Shown here: positions 1 to 13,252 of the stretch, one piece after another | Layout of the letters: every line of letters begins with the position of its first letter | Position numbering within the stretch: position 1 is the stretch's first letter | Source: Octopus bimaculoides | Taxonomy: Eukaryota | Assembly: GCF_001194135.2 (NCBI RefSeq) | Contig: NC_068994.1 | Location: 51,850,562-51,914,561 of the forward strand | DNA: 64,000 bases | Direction of reading: 5' to 3' | Position numbers and translations under genes: made by a program | The notes under the pieces: generated by a model | Told to the model about the DNA's origin: nothing | Database searches by the model: none | The model's input: only the letters and a program-made list of their open reading frames with translations

Positions 1-34
<34 letters not shown>

Positions 35-747
35 ATATATCTCTCACATACGCGCGCGCGTATACACAAGTGTTTGCGAAATGGCGGATGAGAACCAATT
101 TGTCCAGATATCATGGCTTTTGGTCCGAGCTGGAGTGGTCTGGAACAAACAACAAACAAGAGGAACTAACAAACCAACCAACGAACAAACGAACGAACGA
201 ACGCAATGCTATAAAAGTTGACACGCCATATGTACTTGAAGGGCTCGTGTAGTATTTAAGGAGATGTTTGAGACGAGTTGCACTCGCTCAACGTCATTGG
301 CACACACAAGAGAAAACTGACTTGCTTTCTGAGTCGTCTGGTTAGTTGGTCAACAAAAACGGGAAAAAAAAATACAAGAAAAAGTTATTTCACAAGCATG
401 AATTTCAGTGAAAAGTTAGGCCAACGGCATTTTAAGATGATTTTCTCCATTTCTTTATTCTAACAATGTCGTTTTTCTGGGATAGACATTGTTTTTCGTT
501 TTCCTCCTCTCTTCTATCCCTTGGGATAGTTTTGTTCTTCTTACATTTTGTTCATGTTAGTTATTGTCTGTATTCTTCTTATATGATCTGTTATTGTTGT
601 TATATATTGTTATAATCGTTGATTTAGCTTGTTTTTTTTTTGGCGGGGGGAGGTTGTGAGGTGGAGTGGATTTTTAATGTTCTTTGTGATGTTTTGTTGT
701 TATTGTTCCTAACAGTATTGTGGCTGGTTGTCATTATGACAATAATA

Positions 748-1020
748 TCCTTTCGGGGTCTATAAATTAAGTACCAGTTGCGTACTGGGTCGTTCTAATC
801 GACTGGCCCCCTCCCCCAAAACTTCGGGCCTTGTGCCTAGAGCAGAAAAGAATAATACATTAGCATGCCGGGCAAAATGCTTAGCGGTATTTCGTTCGTC
901 TTTACGTTCCAAGTTCAAATTCCAATGAGGTCGAATTTGCATCTCATCCTTTCGGGATCGACAAAATAAAACGCTAGTCAAGTACTGAGGTCGATGCAAT
1001 TGACTGACCCCTTCCTCCAA
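748..1020 (+). mobile_element. Two tandem partial SINE family A copies
   Basis: tcctttcggggtc...gtaccagttgcgtactgg module occurs twice. Confidence 0.75.
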
Positions 1021-1057
1021 ATGTTTACTTTTGTGTCCACATTAAAAACTATTATTA

Positions 1058-1200
1058 TCAGTCATCTGGCAAATCAGTTAACCAAATGGCCAGTCGATTG
1101 TTTGAGTAATCGCTTGACCAATCAATCAGCTGGTTTCTGAGAATCTGTTCATCGCCATTTGCATCCAAGTCAATGGCATGCACTCGTTCTTCCAGTCTGT
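1058..1200 (-). CDS. Candidate terminal coding exon of an unidentified minus-strand gene
   Basis: Minus-strand acceptor ...ttgtctctctag|; open frame (x)RLEERVHAIDLDANGDEQILRNQLIDWSSDYSNNRLAIWLTDLPDD*; no family recognised. Confidence 0.35.
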
Positions 1201-1204
1201 CTAG

Positions 1205-1241
1205 AGAGACAAGACAGGGAAAGAGAGAGAGGGAGAGAGAA

Positions 1242-1272
<31 letters not shown>

Positions 1273-1366
1273 GATAGAGACAGTCAGAAGACAAAGATCG
1301 AGAGAAACAGAGAGAAAGAAGGAGAGAGTGAGCCAGATAGACAAAGAGAGAGAGGGGGAGAAAGAC

Positions 1367-1401
<35 letters not shown>

Positions 1402-1553
1402 GCCAGACGGACGGACAAACAGAGATACAAAACCAGACAGAGAGAGAGATGGAGATTAATAGGATCGGAAGTGTACATGGGATATGTGTTTTATACGTGT
1501 GTTCACGTATCATTTTAAGACTGCGTATGTTTACGTGATGAGCATCTTTATGC

Positions 1554-1610
<57 letters not shown>
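1205..1610. repeat. Compound microsatellites (GA/GACA/GAAA; (TG)n at 1556-1610)
   Basis: Direct inspection; many other (AT)n, (TG)n, (TATG)n and (AAT)n tracts occur throughout the window. Confidence 0.9.
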
Positions 1611-1612
<2 letters not shown>

Positions 1613-3797
1613 CGACAAACTAGTAACCTAAAGCCGTACCTAAAGGGTTTGACTCGAGCAAAAAAAAAGTTTTTAATAGTGTAATAGGTGTAAAACAACT
1701 TGCTCTAAACGAATATGAAAGAAAAAAATGCGCGCTGGCGAATGGGGTGTGAGGGAGAGGACTCGGAAAATTCACATCGGGAATGTTCCGAGTCGTCTCA
1801 CCACAGCCAGAAAAGAAATTTTTAAATAGTGTTATAGGTATACAACAACATGTAGTAAACAAAAACGAAAAAGAAATGCGCGCTAACGAACGTTGGGTGT
1901 ATATAAATATACACACATATATCTGTGTGATTTGCATGCTATGTACATATATAATGAGTTGGCTAGAAATAATTATTTATAAATAAATATATATATACAT
2001 ACACACACACACACACAGATACATACATACATGTATATATACCTTTTGTCATATTCGTTTACAGCAAGTTGTTTTACACCTATTACACTATTTTTTTCTT
2101 TTGTTTTTTAGTTTGACTGTCGCTTCTTCCCCTTTTTTTCTCTCAGCAAGTAATACAATTGAATACGAAATCTAAGGAAGATAAATACGAGACTAGGTAA
2201 GTAAAGTTTTCTCCCTTGAAAAAAAGGGAGATAAATCTTATTTTTTTCAATATAGCAACAGAAAATACCTTTGCAGTATTCCTTCCAGTTTCACATTCTC
2301 AGTTCAAATAGCACCAAGGTCAACTTAACTTTTCCAGCTGGGTCAATAAAATAATATACAGTTGAACTCTGGGGTTGACGTCATCAACAAGCCCCTCACT
2401 ATAAAATCTTCAGGTCTTGTACATACATCCTTCTTTTATTCTTCTCTCATTTGACTGCGGCCATGCTGGAGCACCACCTTTTTTAGTTGAACAAATCGAC
2501 CCTGGGACTTATTCTCTGTAATACTAGAACTTCTTCTATTGGTCTCTTGTGCCGAACCGCAAAGTTACAGGGACGTAAACACACCAACATCAACATTGAT
2601 TGTCAAGCAATGGTGGGGGACAAACACAGACACACAAATACATACATACATATAAACGGCTTCTTCCAGTTTCTGTTTTCCAAATCCACTCACGAGGCTT
2701 CGGTCGGCCCTAGGCTATAGTAGAAGACATTTGCCCAAGGAGCCACGCAGTGGAACTGAACCCGGAACCATGTGGTTGGGAAACAAGCTTCTTACTACAC
2801 GGCCACTCCAGTGCCTAGTACAAAGAAGTATGTGATTAATGATTTAGTCATTTATTTATTCATTAACCTTCCGTGTTTGCCTTTAAGCTTTCTCCCCTTA
2901 TTTCACACCTCAAAATCAGCCTTAAAATATCTACAGTGGGACAATAAAGCAAACGATTTGTTTTGATACTCTGCTTCAGTATCAAAGAGCAAAGCCATAA
3001 GAAGTTATCTTTCTATTAAATCTGACCTTTTTCTAGGTTAGATAAAGAGTTGGTCCCAATCTTAAATGTGTATTTTTCATGTACTTTTAATTATCTGGTT
3101 ACATATAGAAAGGTGAATGGGTGTAGATATATTTGCAGGCATGGCTGTGTGGTAAAAATTTTTCTTCCCAACCACATGGATCTGGGTTCAGTCCCATTAC
3201 TCAGCACCTTAGTTGAGTGTCTGCTATCACCCTAGGATGACCAAAGCTTTGGATTTGGTTGATGGAAACTGAAAGAAGCCTGTTGTGTATTATTATGTGT
3301 ATGTGTGTGTGTGTGAGTATGTACATATCTATGTATGTGCATGTTTGTGTTTGTCCCCCCTGCCAACTCACCCACTGCTTTCCCCATCACCTAGATATTT
3401 TTAAATATAGCTTTTTGATGTTTACTATAGAGAATATGTTAATGGCAACTTAACTAAATGGGGATCATTTCATTTGTCACATCGAGTTAAGCCTAATTAT
3501 TAAATGTTATATCTGTGAAGAGGAAAAATAGTGGGGGTCAAGATAAAGGAGTGGTGATGTGGTTATTTGTATTTAGAAGATTTTATGCAGCATGTGGTCT
3601 TCAACCATTTAGAATTAAATCCATTGGAAGTTGTCAACCATATTCTAGTTGATGGTGATAAATCAATGAATGTCAGACAATCTCCCAAACCCTTATTGTA
3701 GTGGAACCATATATCTGGTTTTATTTACATAAAAGGATATGTCACAGAGCTACTAGTAAGAGAATGACTGATGGGGAAGAGGTGGTATATATAATGT

Positions 3798-3839
<42 letters not shown>

Positions 3840-3880
3840 AATAAAAGATGGAAGATGGAATATAGGAGAATTTATTATTA

Positions 3881-3986
3881 ATCACAACAATTGTTTCGAC
3901 ACATCAAACATTGATTCCTCATGGGTGGGACACTGAACAACTGGTTCAGGAGCATCCATCAGTGCAGATGTGTCTCATCAGGTGAT
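3881..3986 (-). ncRNA. Type I hammerhead ribozyme, intact catalytic core (Penelope-like element LTR remnant)
   Basis: Minus strand: AUCAC-CUGAUGA-GACACAUC-(61 nt)-GAUGUGUC-GAAA-C-AAUU-G-U-U-GUGAU. Stem I 5 bp, stem II 8 bp perfect, palindromic stem III ACAAUUGU. Confidence 0.8.
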
Positions 3987-4204
3987 AAATAAATATAACT
4001 CATTAAAATAACAGTTCTGCAATGTTACTTCCTGTTTTGCAGAAAGAAAAGCAGCCAGACAGAAGAAATATCACAGATGGCAAATCACAGATGGCAAAAA
4101 GAGAAATGAACATGCAATCCAGCAAGAAAAGTATTATATACTATATTTGGAAAAATAAATGAGATGGTTATGGCTAGAATGTCTTTGATTATACGTTTTG
4201 TTTG

Positions 4205-4362
4205 TAGGAGTGGCTATGTGGTAAGTAGCTTGCTTACGAACCACATGGTTCCAGGTTCAGTTCGACTGCGTGGCACCTTGGGCAAGTGTCTTCTACTATA
4301 GCCTCGGGCCGACCAAAGACTTGTGGGTGGATTTGGTAGACGGAAACTGAAAGAAGTCTGTC

Positions 4363-4431
<69 letters not shown>

Positions 4432-4645
4432 TGTATGTGTTTGTGTGTCTGTGTTTGTTCACCCAACATCGCTTGACAATTGATGCTGGTGTGTTTACGT
4501 CCCCGTAACTTAGCAGTTCAGCAAAAGAGACCGATAGAATAAGTACTAGGCTTACAAAGAATAAGTCCTGGGGTCGATTTGCTCGACTAAAGACGGTGCT
4601 CCAGCATGGCTACAATCAAATGACTGAAACAAGTAAAAGAGAGAT
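4205..4645 (+). mobile_element. tRNA-derived SINE (family B) with internal (AT)n(GT)n microsatellite
   Basis: A-box tggctatgtgg, B-box-like ggttcagttcg, CORE-like caccttgggcaagtg, tail gaaacaagtaaaagag. Confidence 0.85.
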
Positions 4646-5196
4646 CAAATCAGAAACTAAACAACAACAACTACTTTGTAAAGTAAAGAAAAATATCACT
4701 GGAAAAGTTCCAGAGTGATTTAATCATTTTATTCAGTACCTCAAAGAAATATACATATAAGTACTTTATATGTAGTGATTTAGCTGTAATGGTATATAAA
4801 CAAGTACATTTTGTATGAAACCTAAAACTTTAACATAATTAATTCAGATTTCATATTTCACCTCTTTACAATTTCAAGAGATTATTGTAGTTATGCGGAA
4901 CTTATTCCTATATTCACATGCAAAGATATTTATAACTTCAACAGCTTATTAGCATGTTGCTTTGCTACTTCAAAATTCTAAAAGATTTGTGGCTCATTAA
5001 ACCTTTCAGTTTTTATCTAACTAAAGTGTCTTATACTGCCAAAAGCATGGCCCATATATATATATATAAAAGATAATAAGAGTGAAAAAACTACAGAAGG
5101 CTTGTGTTACATGGTTAAAGTATATATTTAAATTATGTCAGAAAAATGTTAGAAAAATGTTATAAAATCTTTTTGGTATATAAACATTGTATTTTG

Positions 5197-5257
<61 letters not shown>

Positions 5258-5656
5258 AAGGAGTTTCTACCTTATAAACAGGAGTTACACCAGTCATTTT
5301 GTGATCTTTGTTACCCTGGTATCTATTAACCAATTTATTTTGTCCGAGTTAATTATTAACTTAGAGAAAATAAATACATATAATAATATATGTATACATT
5401 ATCCAGTATCTCCTTCGTTTTGTAAGATAGCAGGTATAACTTCAGGGATATTTTTGTAGCTATTTTGGGGTTTGTTGAAGGATCATGAAGAGTATTTTTT
5501 CATTGGTTCAGCTATGGATTGAGTTAAATTAGCATTAATATATATATATATACATATCACCACCCTCATCATTCAACATAGAACAAGTAACGGGCCTTTA
5601 AAAAATAAGTACAAGGGTCGATTTGTTCCGTTAAATCCATTGACAGACACAAATAA

Positions 5657-5687
<31 letters not shown>

Positions 5688-8600
5688 TGTATGTATGTAT
5701 GTATGTATGTGTGCGTGTAATGGATCCCTGTCGACTGCGACGGTGAGAATTGAGTTCGATTAACTTGAACTACCTGCTCGGACTGAATTAGTATAAATGA
5801 CTGAACATTGTTCAGATACGTGGGCTGTGGCTATCCTTTGGATAGCCTACGGGTACCCTTAACATAAATTCCATGTAAAAAAATCAACCTAAGTCTGTGA
5901 CAAGATTGGACAGGCACAATCCAACAGAAGAACTCTCGTATAGTTTCCGTCTCCCTAATTTCGTTAACCGTCTTCTTATATATTCTCTCTCTCTCTGTAT
6001 GTATCTATCTATTTCTTTTTATTAATTCTCTCCATTTCTGTCTCATATCTTATTGTATTTCATCTATTTTTCTGCCTTTTCTCTACCTTTTTCAATATTA
6101 AACTAATACTTTTTTCTGTCTTTTTTATTGCTCATTCTCTTTCTCTTTCTCTATACCTTTCTGATTCCTTCTCTCTCTCTGTCTATTCTTTTCTAATTCT
6201 CTTTCATTCTTTCTTTCTTCTGTCTATCTTCGCCGGTTTATTGCGGTCTACTACTCCTACTACCCTCCCTTTACCACCAGCCCAGCTATTGTTATCCCTC
6301 ACTTACGTCCTCTATTTTTCTTTCTCTCTCACCCTCTCTCTATTTCTCTGTCTCTATCCCTTTCTAACATTCTTTTCCGATCTCTCTATCTAACACACTC
6401 TATCTCCTTTCTCACCGGCTCATCACCTTTTTTACTCCACCTCTCACGCTCTTCTATTGATATCCTCTCTCACCCCTTCTCTTCCTCTCCCCCTTTCCTC
6501 TATATTTCTCTTTCACGCATTCTCCCCCCTCTCTCTATTTACCTTATAGTCATGGACTTGTTGCCATCATTTGATTGGTCGCTTCATCACATGTAACAAC
6601 CATGGCTGTGTGCAGGTCTGTCGCAAGACTTCTCGGTATGTAACAAACAAAATAGACTCACAACTATTTCAGCTCCATTCATTTTATTACTTTACAATTA
6701 CCCATTTTCTGCCACGTTCCTTACTTTAAATTAATTCATATTTTATTTGTATATAAATACATATCTTTCTCTCTATATATGTGTGTAATTATCCAAACCA
6801 GTGCCTCCATATCACGTTGTTTTTCCCTAACATCATCGAAGCCACTACACAATCAATCATATAAATCGTGTTAATTTCACCCTGAATTACCTTTCTGTTA
6901 TACGTTTGAACTAGTACATATTTATATGTAATCTATTTATTTTATTCTCTCTCTCAACTTAACTGTAGTTTCAATGTGTTCGAATTTATATCGAGCCATT
7001 AAGAGTGTCCCTTGCACGGTCGCTGGACTCGTTAAGAAATTGTAGCTAAAATCTTCCTGAAATCTTACATCTACATGCTAAAAAAGGAAGTGTACATTGC
7101 AAAGTGTTCTCTGTGGACACAGACTCAGTATGTCCGAAACAATAACAAAATACGAGATGGCCACTTCTGGAATGTCTTTTGTCATAGGTCTCCTCGTTCG
7201 GGACTGACATGGGAATCAGTGACTACGTGAAACGTCTTGATAGTCATTGATTCCGACGTTGGCATAAGACCAATGAATCCCACTTCAGTCTAGTATTTCT
7301 TTATTTTAATGGACTCTGGAAGGATTGAATGAAAATGAGAGACAACCCCCCGACGAGATTTAAACTCGTAACTCAGAGGGTAAGATAGAATAGCGGGCGC
7401 TTACTCATTTTTGTCCTTACCCTGTCATTTAAATAATCATCATAGTACCACCTTATAGCAGTTGTTGATTGAAGGTACACGATCAGCAGTTTTGAAAAGA
7501 GTATAGTAGTCGATACCATAGATCCCCAGCACTTGACTAGTACTCTATTTTATCGAACACGGTGGGATGAAAGGCAAAGTTGACCTCGGCAGGCTTTGAA
7601 CTCAGAACTATCTGTACCCTCTAACGATGTAAGTAGTTACAGGTGAATATTGGAACATCCGGACGACATGTACACACAAACGTTTTTAGGTACAAATTAG
7701 AAATTAGTGGAGTATTTGTTTCTGTGGTAGCAGTTAATGAAAGAGTCAAGAAGATTCTTCCGAATGCATATAATAAATGTGATGACGAGAGATACTACAG
7801 GACAAATGATGCCTCAAATTCCCTTAGAATGTAAAAACCCGAATAAAACATATATATGTAATTTCTTTCTTGCTGGACTAAATCTCGGTATACGTCACAA
7901 AATCCTACCTCAATTTTAAATGTATACGTTATAGAAAAAAGTATTATTTTTCATTCTAGATTTAAAATATAGCAAAATTATTTTTATTACTATAAACTTC
8001 TCTGTCCGGATGACTATTTGCTATCATTTTTGTTGGCTCCGTATGAATAATTCGTTTACAGTTTTGCCCTTGAGTTTTGGTTTTATTTCTTCATCTTTCC
8101 ACTCAAACGTCTGCAACTAGACTAAACCACAACATTCGCACAAACTGCTTTATTTATATGTATATATTCATATGCATCTTGGGGGAACTGTTTATTGGCC
8201 ACTTCCTTTTACTTCGGACTATCTCACCAGTTAATTAGGGCACCCGTTTGTTTATAATTCCGATTCAGAATCTTACCGAAGTTGACATTGTTTTACGTCC
8301 TTCCACGTAAAAATGAAAAGGTAGGCAGATGGAGGTCGATAAACTACAAAGCTAATCAAATATTATGTAGGAGGTGATAAACTGTCAGTATTCTTCCTCC
8401 CCAAAACGTGTGGCCTTGAGCCAATGTTAGAAATAATTAACAACTTTACTTTCTGAATCCATGCCTTGTTATCTTCTTTCAGACTATGTAGAGGTAGGGT
8501 CTCATACAATAAATAGCCGTTAGCTTATCTGGAAATCAACATGACCGACTACATTTATTTATCCTTTAAATCTGTGGCGTTATGCTGGTGTTAAAAGCAG

Positions 8601-8746
8601 TTGCTACTGCCATTAGTAACCGGTCTCTTAAAGGTTGTATCGTTTCTACTCAAATGACCTTGTCTTTCAAATTGTATTGTCCTTTTTTTTTTACCCCCTC
8701 TCTGTCTCTATTATAACTCTGGGTGTCATTGAAATCATATTTCTCT

Positions 8747-8823
<77 letters not shown>

Positions 8824-11800
8824 CGTGTGTAAGTTATGTGCTGATCGCATTGTTTACACTTAAAAATATTCGCCAGCTGTATGTATGGCATACAGTTTTA
8901 TATTATATTATATATGTATATATGAAATATAATATATATATATGTATATATAAAACTGTATGCCATACACATATAAACTCTGTGTGCTATGTGTAATGTA
9001 TATGTGCGTGTATAAGTAAACACATGCAACGTTTTCCCCCTTCCATGCCATAACCTCGTCCCGGTTATCGACCGTACTTTGACCGACATATTTTCCTAGG
9101 GCTTTCATTTTTTCAAAAATTTCTTTGCACCATCGTTTTCTATCGTTATATATATATAAACTCGACAGTGTAGATGCTTGAACTGTATAGTCTGTATTAT
9201 TAATGGTTAGCCTCAGGTCACGCACTTACGCAGGTCTATGTGATCAGATACATTCCGGCGCCACCATCCTTAATGTCCAAGATTATAATACCCACTATAT
9301 CCTTCCTGTTCTGCTTATAACCGAAAAGGAAGATATATGATTTAAGGGGCGTGAGGTTGATTGCTATTTCTAGCATGTTCAACGTCCACGTATATTGATT
9401 TTACCGATTCTGAATTCCACCTATCAACTAATATATTTTTTCACACCTACGCTTACGTGAACTGCCCGTGCTCTTCGGTTCACACATTCAACATAGAAAT
9501 AGCATTTATATCTCCCTCAAATCACATCATACTTTTGAAAAATAATGGAAGAAAACATTGTGCAATGTTATTCCGGATTTTCTAAAAGAAAATGGGATGG
9601 TCAAAGCTGGAATGTCTATGGTCATACGCTGCGCAGTTTGACCTAAGGTTAAATAACAGTATTCTCTTTCACACTATGATAATTCGTTATGGTTCTTAAA
9701 TTTCTGGCGGCTCTAATCATTGAAATGATGGCTAAAAGATGATTTAACGAATTTTATGAAATTGTTTCCAGTCGACGAAGTAAACGCTACATGGCCTCTG
9801 TGCTAGAAATAGCAGCCAAATAAATCTCCATGACATCACGTCGTAAATAATGAAGTGTACATTATATACTGTAGTCCTAAATGCACAATGTATGGCGGGG
9901 AGTGGAAAGTGGGGATATTCACAACTGCTTTTGGTTCTAGATCTCCAACAATAATATACGGTGTTCGCTCTAATCAGCTATTTTTTAAAAAACTAATCCT
10001 GTGTATTTTAGCTAAAGGTGCTCCAGCTTTGACTGTCCCATTTTAGATAAGCTTCTTTACAAACGATATGCAAGTTTTTTTTCCTTCATTGTCGGTGTCA
10101 CGTCACCTAAAAACAAAACAATGTTATAGGTTCGCTCTCACAGATAATGTCTAAGTAAAAAACCATTAATTATTAAAGATGTGAGCTTGTGGGTAGAGAT
10201 AAATTTGTGTAATGTTCGTGTTTAGCTTACTGGATATTTAAAGCTCTTAAATTAAATCATAGTTTCGCCCCTCGGGGTTCGATAAAAAGTGCTATTATTC
10301 ACCGGAACAGTTGGATCGACTATTATGGATTCCTCGTCAGTCTCGACGATGAGCATTCAGTTGTTCAACCACCTGAATTCCTTCTTGTGAAATTAATTAA
10401 GGTGTTGTAATAGACGCGTGTACTTTTAACGTAATTCTCAAGCACAAACAGCGTGGCACACAACATGATAAAAGCCGACGTTTAAAATTGCATTTACTGA
10501 GATAAAAGAAACAGAATCGATCCTAATACGACTAGACTTGTATTTTATTTATCGTCCCCCGAAATGATGATGTGCATAATTGACTTCTACGGGATTTGAA
10601 CTCAAGTTTATATTCACGCCTACAAAAAGTTGGCTTTATACCTCACACACACCTTATACTATAATTTCACATGTGGCCAGTTGCCACACCCTCTTTAGAT
10701 GTCTTTAGTTGGTTTTAACAATAAAAATTGCGGGCTTTGACAATAAAATTATTGTCGTTTATAATATTAGAACCGAAAAGGCTTTTAATACTTAATTACG
10801 TGTCTTTTCGTTCCGAGTAGGAATCCTGCCGAGAAAGGCTTTGCATTTTACCTTCTCAGCTGATAAAATACAAGCTATCGAGTATATGCGGGATCGTCTA
10901 GGTCAAAGGTCACCAACCACCTGGCCGTACAGAAAGAATAATTTTTTTTTAAATTTTATATTTTTGCATTATGTATGTATCGTTTGTGTTTTATATGTAA
11001 TGATTAAATTATATGTTATGCTCTTTATTGTGTTTCGAGTCGACGAAGTAAATTCTATATGGCCGCTGTGTTGAAATAGCCATGACATCACGTCATAAAT
11101 AATAAAGTGTACATTATATAGGATAGTCCTAAATACACAATGTCTTGTGGTGATCACTCGGTCCGTGGCAAAATTGTCATGCATGAAACCGGTCCGTTGT
11201 ACCGCTGATTTTAGGTTACTATATTCCCCCTCCAAACGTAAATACATTCACAGCGAACGTGTGACCTTGTGGAGGCGGCGGCGGCGGCTTCTGTAGCTCC
11301 CTACCAGTTTCATGTCCCTATCACTCATGTTACCAATGCCCTTGAGAAAAATCAAGAATGTTTATACAGATTTTTCTCTCGTTCCTTCTCTGCTTCCCAT
11401 GCATCCGGATTAGTGGGGATAGCATTGATAAAGCTAGTACCGGTGATATCGTACTATGGAGTCGATCGATTTCTCTTCCTATCTCCCATGTACATTTATG
11501 ACCTTGTGCTGCCGGGGAAAATCCTTACCTAGCACTTGTTAACCTTGCATATCTTATCCGTTAATTCGGTATTTTTTTGGCAGCTAGTTATTTTATTTTT
11601 TTAAATTTCGTTTCTTCACTCGTTCTTCACTTATTCTTTTATCAGTTTCACTGATTGTAGTGCGGCCATGCTGGGGTATTACCTGCAATGTTTTGGCCGA
11701 ACATGTTGACCTCTGTGCTTATTTTATTCATCTATTTCTCGAACAGCTAAGTTACCAGTGCAACACAAGATAAATCTAAACACGCAAGCACACAGGGCGA

Positions 11801-13106
11801 ACTGTGTGTGACGTGTTTCTGCGGAGATTCCGTTTACCAAATTCCACCTCGCAAAGAGTATTGCTACAGTCCGAAGCTAGAAAAGAAAACATTTGCCACA
11901 GTGTTTCCGTACAGTGGAAGCAAATACCGATCCGGTATAAATTACATGGAGATATTGTTTTAAAATACACCGCTTGCACTTAATGCATCTGTATTTATGA
12001 ACGGTATTCATTCATTTAGAGCTGAAACTTTCGTCTGTTGCTTGCTACTCCGAGTTCGGTGTTTGTTTTCCTCAAACGGAAAAGATTTGTGCACCAGTGT
12101 GTGACCACGAAAGAAAATATATTTTGCTTAATTGGATTTGGTTTTTTTGCTCTCACGAAATTGTTTGAACATTAAATTTTGAATATGTCGTTGATTGTGT
12201 GGCCATCACCTATTGCTTGAAGGAAGGAATGTCTTTAATATGTCGCTGTCTCCAGTTGGCAGACATTGAATCCAAAATACAACTGTCATTGTCTTTGTTT
12301 CGTCCTTGTTTGCCCACGTCGTCAAGGTCAATGATCAAAGCCATTCCAGGCGTGACTTCAAATCTAGGACCACATTCTCTGATGTGCCTTATAATATATT
12401 TTAAAGACGGTGTGGTTTGAAGGAGATTTGACTGCTATTTCTAGCGGATTAAAATCTCACGTAGTAGCTGCCTCCTTAGTTTGTACAACTGCTGTGGTAA
12501 TAATGATCTGTGGATCGAGTTTCGAAATACCCTCAGTGGTTTCGTCTGTAAATGTTTTTTGAATCTAATGCTATGTTGCTTGGAATATTACACAATGCTT
12601 CACTGTGTGAATTGTTAGTTTAATGGGTAGGTGGTAGATTAAAAAGTAATCAGTGAGACAAGTGCGGTTTGTGTTGTCATAAAATGTATTTATGTATATA
12701 ATAGTGTCAGCTTGTATGTTTTTGGGAGATGAGTTGCCGCCGTTTCTCCGTCCGTCGCCCATGAGAGCGCAGGTACTTCGTTCAATTAAGTCGTAGCGCA
12801 CCTCAGCATTGTATGAGATAGCGTTTATTTAAAGGAAATTTAGCTGTTACAGTAAGGTCCAAGCAATTATATAGCAGTGATCGTTGTGTTATCACCAATA
12901 GGCGGTCACTGATAGAAACGATTTATGGCGAAGTTCTGGCATTCTTTCTTAACAAAATAAAAAAAAAGATGAAAACAGTAAACTAAAGTTCTTGGACAAT
13001 CTTGTGGAGGCACGCCAAAAATATTTCTCCAGAATATAATCAATGAGTTTTGGGATTTGTTTTGCTAAATTCTTTATGTGAGTTCGTGTGTTGAAGCATA
13101 TTTTGT

Positions 13107-13252
13107 TCTGGGGAGAGTCATTCTCTTTTAGTGCCTTATTATTTAACTCATTTATTATTATTTTTTTTTATTTAAATAGAGTAAATGAGTGGAAACTTTA
13201 CCGGCGAATGTGTTAAATAATAAGGCACTAAAAGAGAATGACTCTCCCCAGA
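13107..13252. repeat. Perfect 41-bp inverted repeat with 64-nt spacer
   Basis: 13107-13147 is the exact reverse complement of 13212-13252. Confidence 0.85.

Noticed and set aside
81-221. 46-aa ORF MADENQFVQ... with a good start context
   Set aside because: Runs into AAC/GAAC simple repeats, has no donor site and no recognisable homology.
1159-1618. 119-aa and 186-aa ORFs (RERQ-, SL- and HT-rich)
   Set aside because: Translations of GA/TG microsatellites. Only the unique 1058-1200 part is kept as a candidate.
12200-12420. Protein-like minus-strand frame (...ECGPRFEVTPGMALIIDLDDVGKQ...)
   Set aside because: Much of it matches a dispersed repeat also seen at about 7030-7220 and 9490-9650, and there are no supporting splice signals.
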